53,476 nt of DNA from an uncultured Pseudomonadota bacterium (GTDB lineage Bacteria > SAR324 > JACQKK01), in assembly GCA_964583525.1 (NCBI GenBank), contig CAZOXD010000010.1, positions 1 to 53,476 of the forward strand, written 5' to 3'. Under the pieces are notes generated by a model, which was not told the DNA's origin, ran no database searches, and saw only the letters and a program-made list of their open reading frames with translations. Shown piece after piece: positions 47,584 to 53,476 of the stretch. Both the position numbers and the translations under genes were made by a program. The first letter of the stretch is position 1; each line of letters begins with the position of its first letter.

Positions 47584-48678
47584 TCAGCGCAACGTTTTCA
47601 GATACGCCACCAAATGATGGATTTCCTTGACCGGCAGGCCAACCGCCGGCATGAGGGAAACCATTTTCCCGTTTTGCAGGGAAAAGTGGTTCTTTCCCGG
47701 AACGATGAAGGCCGAAGGGTTCACCAATGACTCGAAAAGGTAATGGGGGCGGTGAATGCCGCCCACATATGTGAGATCCGGGCCAATCTTTTTCTGTGCC
47801 GGGTTGCCGGGGAAGAAATGGCAGACGATACAGCCGGCTTTTTCGACGAGGAGCATCCCGGTCCGGGGGCTGCCTTGATATTCCGGCCGCCATGCAAGGC
47901 TATCCACGTAGGCAGGATCCACCTTGCCCCGCTCGAAGTGCAGGAAATGCCAGGAGGAAAGCAGCTTGTCCCCATCCCGTTGATTCTCTTCGCCGTTCCA
48001 GATTGCCAGGGCGATCGGAACCAGTCCTTGCCTCGCAGGTTGAATCTGCACCGAATAGGTGCCGGGAGGGGTCCGAAGCGAGCGCTTGATGACGACCCGC
48101 CACGCCTCGGCTTCCCACAGCCCGTTGGCCCGCACCCCCTCGGACGGCTGGCCGGTCAGGCTCCCAAACCCCTCGGCGGCCAGCATCTCTACTTTCCCAT
48201 CGGCACGCCAGAACCAGATTGTCACCGGACTGCCCGGATCACCCATTCCGACATATGGTAACCGGGCACCTGGGCCGTAGCGAGTGGGGAACTGGATGGC
48301 GAAGGCGTCGGCGAACCTCCCGATACCCCGCTGCTCCGCCGGGGTCCGATCCGGCCATTCAATGGAGAGGGCCAGTTCATCCTCATTGTAGAGTGCTCTC
48401 ACCATCGCCGTGAGGCTGGAACGCTGGGTGTATTTGGGGGTAGTTGTGACTTGCGGGTAGAGGATTACCCGCGTCGACTCGGCCTGATTCCATGCGGGAG
48501 CCCTTGCGTCCACGGGAAGAGGCCCAGTGGACCATCGAGCGGTGACTATTTCTCCCTCCCGGCGAAGTGCCGCGAGGGACTCCTGCCCGTAAGCCGCTAC
48601 GGACAACCCCAGCCAAGCCACCCAGGCCAAAGCCGTCCATATCGGCATTTTATGCCATCCCGTCATCTTCCATTCCAC
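47584..48678 (-). CDS. Gamma subunit: EbdC-like heme b domain fused to a C-terminal c-type cytochrome
   Basis: Signal peptide; DAFAIQFP, PYVGMG (Met) and RDGDK (Lys) as in EB_dh-type domains; CIVCH...IGPDLT...ESLVNP. Confidence 0.85.
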   Translation of the reverse strand: MEWKMTGWHKMPIWTALAWVAWLGLSVAAYGQESLAALRREGEIVTARWSTGPLPVDARAPAWNQAESTRVILYPQVTTTPKYTQRSSLTAMVRALYNEDELALSIEWPDRTPAEQRGIGRFADAFAIQFPTRYGPGARLPYVGMGDPGSPVTIWFWRADGKVEMLAAEGFGSLTGQPSEGVRANGLWEAEAWRVVIKRSLRTPPGTYSVQIQPARQGLVPIALAIWNGEENQRDGDKLLSSWHFLHFERGKVDPAYVDSLAWRPEYQGSPRTGMLLVEKAGCIVCHFFPGNPAQKKIGPDLTYVGGIHRPHYLFESLVNPSAFIVPGKNHFSLQNGKMVSLMPAVGLPVKEIHHLVAYLKTLR

Positions 48679-49789
48679 CTTTCTTTACTGCGCGGCGGGC
48701 CGAACCGGAATTAAAGCCGGGACCAGCCGATGGAGTTGGGCCGGAGGCGTCACGTCTTGCCAGGCTGGAATCCTGCTGGAGGGTGAACATCTCCTCATGC
48801 CGGTAGGCGATCAAGAGTTCCATCAGTTCGGATGGCTGGCCCTGTTTCTTTTTCTCCCGTTCGGCTTTGAGGGTCTCCAGCACTTCAGGCACCGTGGGTC
48901 CGAATAACCCGATGAGCAACTCCATGGGGATGCGAGGCTCGGCGGTCAGTTCGCCCTTTTCATTAGATTTGGGTGGAGAAAGTGGCGGGACGTAATAGAC
49001 ATTGGGCTGAGTCCCGTAATCCGCCCGCAGGGGAAGGGCCACTTTCCACTTCGCCACCAGTTGGTGCACCGGGCTGTCCGGGTCGTCCAGATATCCCACG
49101 AAACGGATGCGCCCCACACATTGCCGGGCGCAGGCGGGCGGCAATCCCTGCTCGACCCGGGGAAAACAGAAGATACACTTTTCCGACCGGTTGAAAAGAG
49201 GATTGAAGTAAATTTTCTTGTAGGGGCAGGCCGCGATACAATGCTGGTACCCACGGCACCGGGATTGGTCGATAAGAACGATGCCGTCTTCCTGCCGCTT
49301 GTAGATCGCCTTGCGGGGACAGGCCTGGAGACAGGCCGGGTTCGTGCAGTGGTTGCAGATACGGGGGAGGTAAAAATAGTAGGTGTTGGGGTACTCCCCG
49401 CCTCCCGTGTCTTCGTCCCAGTTCGGTCCCCACACCGGTTCGCTGGCAGGCTGGAGCGGGGGGTTCCTGTTCCCTTGGGATGGTGCTTCATCACCCCCCG
49501 GCCCCGTGCCCAGGGCCTCCTCATAATTGTAGTCCCAGGGGACACCGTAATCTTCGATGAGGGAGGGGATGCGTCCCGGATTGAGGGTTTTCCCTGAAGC
49601 ATCGAACCCTCCGCCGCTCTCCTGCCAAGCTCTCGGATACCCTTTTCCGGGAACGGTTTCGACGTTGTTCCAGTACATGTAGTCCCGCTCGTTGCGGTTG
49701 GTCCATTGAACCTTGCAGGCCATGGTACAGGTCTGGCAGCCGATGCACTTGTTCAGGTCCATCACCATTGCCAATTGCCGTTCAGACAT
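48650..49789 (-). CDS. DMSO-reductase type II iron-sulfur (beta) subunit
   Basis: CIGCQTCTMAC, CNHCTNPACLQACP, CRGYQHCIAACPY, CIFC...CARQC and YGTQPNVYY. Confidence 0.95.
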   Translation of the reverse strand: MSERQLAMVMDLNKCIGCQTCTMACKVQWTNRNERDYMYWNNVETVPGKGYPRAWQESGGGFDASGKTLNPGRIPSLIEDYGVPWDYNYEEALGTGPGGDEAPSQGNRNPPLQPASEPVWGPNWDEDTGGGEYPNTYYFYLPRICNHCTNPACLQACPRKAIYKRQEDGIVLIDQSRCRGYQHCIAACPYKKIYFNPLFNRSEKCIFCFPRVEQGLPPACARQCVGRIRFVGYLDDPDSPVHQLVAKWKVALPLRADYGTQPNVYYVPPLSPPKSNEKGELTAEPRIPMELLIGLFGPTVPEVLETLKAEREKKKQGQPSELMELLIAYRHEEMFTLQQDSSLARRDASGPTPSAGPGFNSGSARRAVKKGGMEDDGMA

Positions 49790-50001
49790 ATTCCTCCTCC
49801 GTCTCCTGTCAGCCGCTTCTCATCTCATCCCGAAAGCCAAGCTCCGGGGAGGAAAAACAAATTGTCCACCCGCTCCCCTCTCCGAATATCCGAACAGAAT
49901 TCATCTCAAAAACGCGCCCGACCATACCGCGCATGAGACAGCGATCCAGGCTCGCTGAAAGAAAGATCCGTTTGAGACGAGCCGCCCGGCACTTCCACGG
50001 A

Positions 50002-52764
50002 TCATGCCCTTTCCACCTCCACTGAGCTTTCATGGGCAATCTGGTTTCCATCCCACTGGGGGGAGAAGGTGAGATGGCCCCACCCGCCGGCCAACTCCAG
50101 GGGCGAGAGCAACCCCGCAACCGGAGCGTTCATTCCCTTCCTGTCCTTGAACTGGTGGGGTTCCCAAGCGTGGTCCATCACGAGCGTGCCAGGCCGTACG
50201 CCAGGGGAGAGCTTGGCCATGGCGTGGAAGGAGCCCACGTCGTTCCAGACCCGCACCCGGCTTCCATCTGCGATATCTCTTTTCCGCGCCTCTTCGGGGC
50301 TGATGCAGAGGTGGGGAATGCCGCGCTGCATGCGAAGCATGTGCTTGTTGGAACGCCAAGTGGAGTGGATCCCCCACCGGGTGTGGGGGGAGTAGAACCG
50401 AAGCGGGAACTTCGAGGGGTGGAGCGATTCCCGGGCCGTGGGCACCGGCGAGCCCAACCGGAGGTATACCTCCTGGTCGATGTAGAACTGCTGGCGGCCG
50501 GAGAGGGTGGGATAAGGCCGCTTGAGATAGACCTGCTCCTCGAAGGAGTGATAGGGTCTGTTTGCATACAAGGGCGAGGTGAATCCCGCCTCCTTGTTGA
50601 GCACGATAAAGCCCCGCTCCGCGGCATCCTTGAACTTCCAGGGCTTGAAGGCCGGCACGTTCTCCAGCAGCCATCCCACCACATCCCGGTCGGTGCGGAG
50701 CTTTCCACTCATCGTAAAATCCACGTGGAGGGTGTCGAGGTCCCGTGTCAGGGTCTCGGACTTCTCATCGCGGGTGAGCGGGAATTCCGGATCAGGCAGC
50801 CTGGAAAGACCGCGGCCCTTGGCCACCTGCTCAATCCTTTCCGCCAGGAGCCGGCAGATCTCCCACTCGCTCTTGGCTTCTCCCACGGGTTTCAGACCCT
50901 TTGGCGGCACAACCAGGTTCGCGAAGCGGTGATAGCCCACCTCGCCCCGGATATCCCATCCCTCGTAATGGCTCTGGCTCGGCAGGACGTAATCGGCCAG
51001 TTCCGCGGAGGAGTCCATGCGGTAATTCACGGCCACGTAAAGTTCTGTCGCATCCAGGACGGTCTGTTGGTAATGTTCCGCGGATTTATTCCGGCGAAAG
51101 AGGTTGTCGGCGAAAAGAATGCGCGCCTTCGGCTCTCCGTAGTAAGTGAGCCATTTTTTTTCCAGGCTTTCCTCGGCGAGCCGGAGGAGCTCCCCCCCGC
51201 CTATTCCGGCCCTTTCCCGGAACTCCCGGTCGTTGTCGTAGTGTTTGCGGAACGTCTCCCACATCCTCCCCGCCTGCCACTCGGAGAGGAATCCCGAGCC
51301 GAACCGGGGCGGCTTGGGGGAAGTGAGGGCGCCGATACCGCCCAGGCTCCACTGATGTTCCGTATCCAGACCTCCGGTGTCGGCCGCATGGCCGGTCAAG
51401 GCGCACAGGAGCGCCTGCCCCCAACAGGCGAGGATCCCCCAGGCGTACTTGTGCATGGAAAATCCAATGGTGATCCCCGCTTTATTGGCTGAGGCGAATT
51501 CGCGGGCCAGGCGTTCGACAACGCCCGGGTGGATGCCGGTTTTTTCGCTTGTCGCCTCGGGTGGGAATCTGGCGGCCTCGGTGCGGGCCAGTTCGAACAC
51601 CGTGGTGACCTTGATCGCCCGGCTTTCTTTTCCCTTCACCTCGTAGGTTCCTTCCAGGGCCGGAACGGTCTTTCCCAGCCGGAGGGTGTCCCGCCGGCTT
51701 CCCCGGGTACCGGGCGCCTCGGAGGGTTTTCCCGTCTCCTGATCCCAGACATAAAAGATATCCTCTCGGCCGTCCTGTTTGAGGTCGCTCTCCCTGAGCA
51801 GCCTCCGGTTGTCGAGCCGAACCAGGAAGGGCAGATCCGTCTGTTCCCGAATGAATTCCTCCTTGTAGAGCTTTTCCCGGAACACGACATGCACCAGGGA
51901 CATGGCCAGGAAGCTGTCGTTCCCCGGGGTGATGGGGATCCACTGATCGGCATGGATGGAAGTCTGGTTGTAGTCGGGCGCAATGGTGACGATCTTCGCC
52001 CCGTTGTACTTCCCCTCCCAGAGATAGTGGGCGTCGGGGATGCGGGTCACGTTGGGATTGATGCCCCAAAGGACGATGTAGTCCATTTCGAACCAGGCAT
52101 CCAGGGAATGACCGATGTTGGGAACGCCATAGGCAAGCGTTGCGCCGGTGAACATGTCGCCCACGGCGCTGGAAGGATAGATCCGGATGGCCCCCAGCAG
52201 CGACCCCAGCCGCAGGGGGCCGGCGCGGCGGCCCTGGGAAACGAGACCGGTTCCGGTGTGGATCATCAGGCCGCCGGGGCCGTATTGGGCCAGGATATCC
52301 ACCACCTTCTCGCTGATTTCCGTGATGGCCTGCTCCCACGTGATTCGCCGCCATCTCCCCTCTCCCCGTTTCCCTTCCCGTTTGAGGGGCTGGCGAATTC
52401 GATCCCGCTCGTACATGGCCTGGGAATGGATCACTCCCTTGTTACAGCCACGGGGATTGGCATCGGGGATCTCGAAATCGATCTGGGGATACTGGGCGAG
52501 TTGCTCCTCGCGGACGATCACGCCGTCCTTGGAGAACAACTGAAAGGCGCAGTTGCCCTGGCAATTGGAGCAATGGAAGGCGAACCCTTTGGCGTCCCCC
52601 CGGGTGGCGGTAAATTCCTTGCGGTAAAAATCCTCCCATTCCCGCGCCGGGTAGGAAGTCAAAGGGTCTTCCACGTGAACCACCCTGGCCCAGAGTCTGG
52701 CCGGGAGACTCAATCCCAGCCCGCAGAGACCGGACAACTTCAACAAATTTCTGCGGCTAAACAT
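50002..52764 (-). CDS. Tat-exported Mo/W-bisPGD catalytic (alpha) subunit, DMSO-reductase type II, substrate unknown
   Basis: Tat SRRNLLK; FS0 motif HCSNCQGNC...NPRGCNKG; candidate Asp ligand VGDMFTG; PHTRWGIHS; 920 aa. Confidence 0.93.
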   Translation of the reverse strand: MFSRRNLLKLSGLCGLGLSLPARLWARVVHVEDPLTSYPAREWEDFYRKEFTATRGDAKGFAFHCSNCQGNCAFQLFSKDGVIVREEQLAQYPQIDFEIPDANPRGCNKGVIHSQAMYERDRIRQPLKREGKRGEGRWRRITWEQAITEISEKVVDILAQYGPGGLMIHTGTGLVSQGRRAGPLRLGSLLGAIRIYPSSAVGDMFTGATLAYGVPNIGHSLDAWFEMDYIVLWGINPNVTRIPDAHYLWEGKYNGAKIVTIAPDYNQTSIHADQWIPITPGNDSFLAMSLVHVVFREKLYKEEFIREQTDLPFLVRLDNRRLLRESDLKQDGREDIFYVWDQETGKPSEAPGTRGSRRDTLRLGKTVPALEGTYEVKGKESRAIKVTTVFELARTEAARFPPEATSEKTGIHPGVVERLAREFASANKAGITIGFSMHKYAWGILACWGQALLCALTGHAADTGGLDTEHQWSLGGIGALTSPKPPRFGSGFLSEWQAGRMWETFRKHYDNDREFRERAGIGGGELLRLAEESLEKKWLTYYGEPKARILFADNLFRRNKSAEHYQQTVLDATELYVAVNYRMDSSAELADYVLPSQSHYEGWDIRGEVGYHRFANLVVPPKGLKPVGEAKSEWEICRLLAERIEQVAKGRGLSRLPDPEFPLTRDEKSETLTRDLDTLHVDFTMSGKLRTDRDVVGWLLENVPAFKPWKFKDAAERGFIVLNKEAGFTSPLYANRPYHSFEEQVYLKRPYPTLSGRQQFYIDQEVYLRLGSPVPTARESLHPSKFPLRFYSPHTRWGIHSTWRSNKHMLRMQRGIPHLCISPEEARKRDIADGSRVRVWNDVGSFHAMAKLSPGVRPGTLVMDHAWEPHQFKDRKGMNAPVAGLLSPLELAGGWGHLTFSPQWDGNQIAHESSVEVERA

Positions 52765-52779
52765 ATCGTTTCCGTCAAT

Positions 52780-53343
52780 TCACCCGGCCCGCGATGGGCT
52801 CATTCCCTTCAGCATGGCTTCGACGGCCGCCTTGGCCGGCCGGTCGTCCCAAGGATATTCGCCGGCCACCCGGTATACGATCCTCCCCGCCGGGCTTATC
52901 AGAAACGAGAAGGGGATGCCGATTACGCCATAGCGGGGACTGGTTAAATCATCGCGATCGTGTAGCACGGAAAAGCTCAAACCCATTTCTTCGGCAAATG
53001 CCCGGACTGTCGCGGAGGAAGCGCGGTCTATCGAGACCGCCACCACCTCAAGGCCCCGCGAGCGATAGGTTTTGTATAGACGTTCCAGGGAAGGCATCTC
53101 CCTGCGGCAAGGGACACACCAGGTGGCCCAGAAGTTGAGCAACACCACTTTTCCCCGGAAATCGGATAAGCGGACGCGCTTGCCGTTCATGTCCCTCAGG
53201 GCGAAGTCGTCGGCCGGGATCGACACGCGCAGGGGTTTCATCGCGAGCGCTGCTTCCGTCTGCCGCACGAACCCCGCATGGATAAGCGCCGCGGCAAGCA
53301 GGAGCGCCAGGAACCCGGCAAGGGCCATCCTCTTGCCGTTCAT
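52780..53343 (-). CDS. TlpA/ResA-family thiol-disulfide oxidoreductase
   Basis: N-terminal membrane anchor/signal; LNFWATWCVPCRREMP; YGVIGIP. Confidence 0.93.
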   Translation of the reverse strand: MNGKRMALAGFLALLLAAALIHAGFVRQTEAALAMKPLRVSIPADDFALRDMNGKRVRLSDFRGKVVLLNFWATWCVPCRREMPSLERLYKTYRSRGLEVVAVSIDRASSATVRAFAEEMGLSFSVLHDRDDLTSPRYGVIGIPFSFLISPAGRIVYRVAGEYPWDDRPAKAAVEAMLKGMSPSRAG

Positions 53344-53474
53344 GCTTCCTTATCCCCCCCACGGAGGGGTTGGTTCATAGTCACCCGGCCGGTCCCCGGG
53401 CCATTGCACTGGTATCCACCAGGCCGCTTTGTTCAGGCAGGCGTGCCATGAACCAGGCGGCCATCCCACCCCCC
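53340..53474 (-). CDS. 3' end of an upstream gene coupled to tlpA (partial)
   Basis: Open frame GGGMAAWFMARLPEQ...WGDKEA* with its TGA overlapping the tlpA ATG (ATGA). Confidence 0.5.
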
Positions 53475-53476
53475 AT

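Noticed and set aside
49905-50004. TGA at the end of the alpha subunit as selenocysteine readthrough
   Set aside because: The protein ends at the normal family terminus (VEVERA); the downstream in-frame peptide has no recognisable conservation.
50002-52764. Assigning the alpha subunit as NarG or NxrA
   Set aside because: At 920 aa it is much shorter than typical NarG/NxrA and lacks their HGVNCTGSC motif; no NarI/NarJ genes are present.
50032-52947. Long plus-strand ORFs (486 aa and 472 aa), and similar shadow ORFs such as 33856-34917, 42103-42843 and 44489-45499
   Set aside because: They lie antisense to well-supported genes in GC-rich DNA and have no motifs; they are codon-bias shadows.

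Overview
An accessory, mosaic window from a GC-rich diderm bacterium that appears to use Tat export, sigma54 and selenocysteine. The left 32 kb is a tandem array of integrative islands. Three direct copies of the 3' half of a tRNA(CAU) (10467, 20036, 32121) act as att scars, and two related tyrosine integrases sit next to copies 1 and 3. Cargo in these islands includes: a REase-NACHT (STAND) defence candidate; a HEPN-motif gene lodged in an HP1/K139-like tail remnant; VapBC, Fic and MNT-HepT (toxin inactivated); a NERD-helicase plus DEDDh exonuclease; a UGA-interrupted rhodanese that is very probably a selenoprotein; and a GT4/GH130 sugar cluster. The best candidate for an undescribed system is at 32476-36026: a sigma54-driven three-gene operon. 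It encodes a Sec-exported chaperone-usher-type pilin-like subunit, a three-Ig-domain PapD-like chaperone and a lipoprotein secretin, with no usher, ATPase or prepilin peptidase in the window, suggesting a 'chaperone-secretin' fibre pathway. It is flanked by a divergent sigma54 activator and a phosphorelay cluster (cAMP, PilZ and HD-GYP outputs) in which four receiver domains share an unusual insert. The window ends with a Tat-exported type II DMSO-reductase-family alpha/beta/gamma operon of unknown substrate. All family assignments come from motif recognition by eye; no database search was run.
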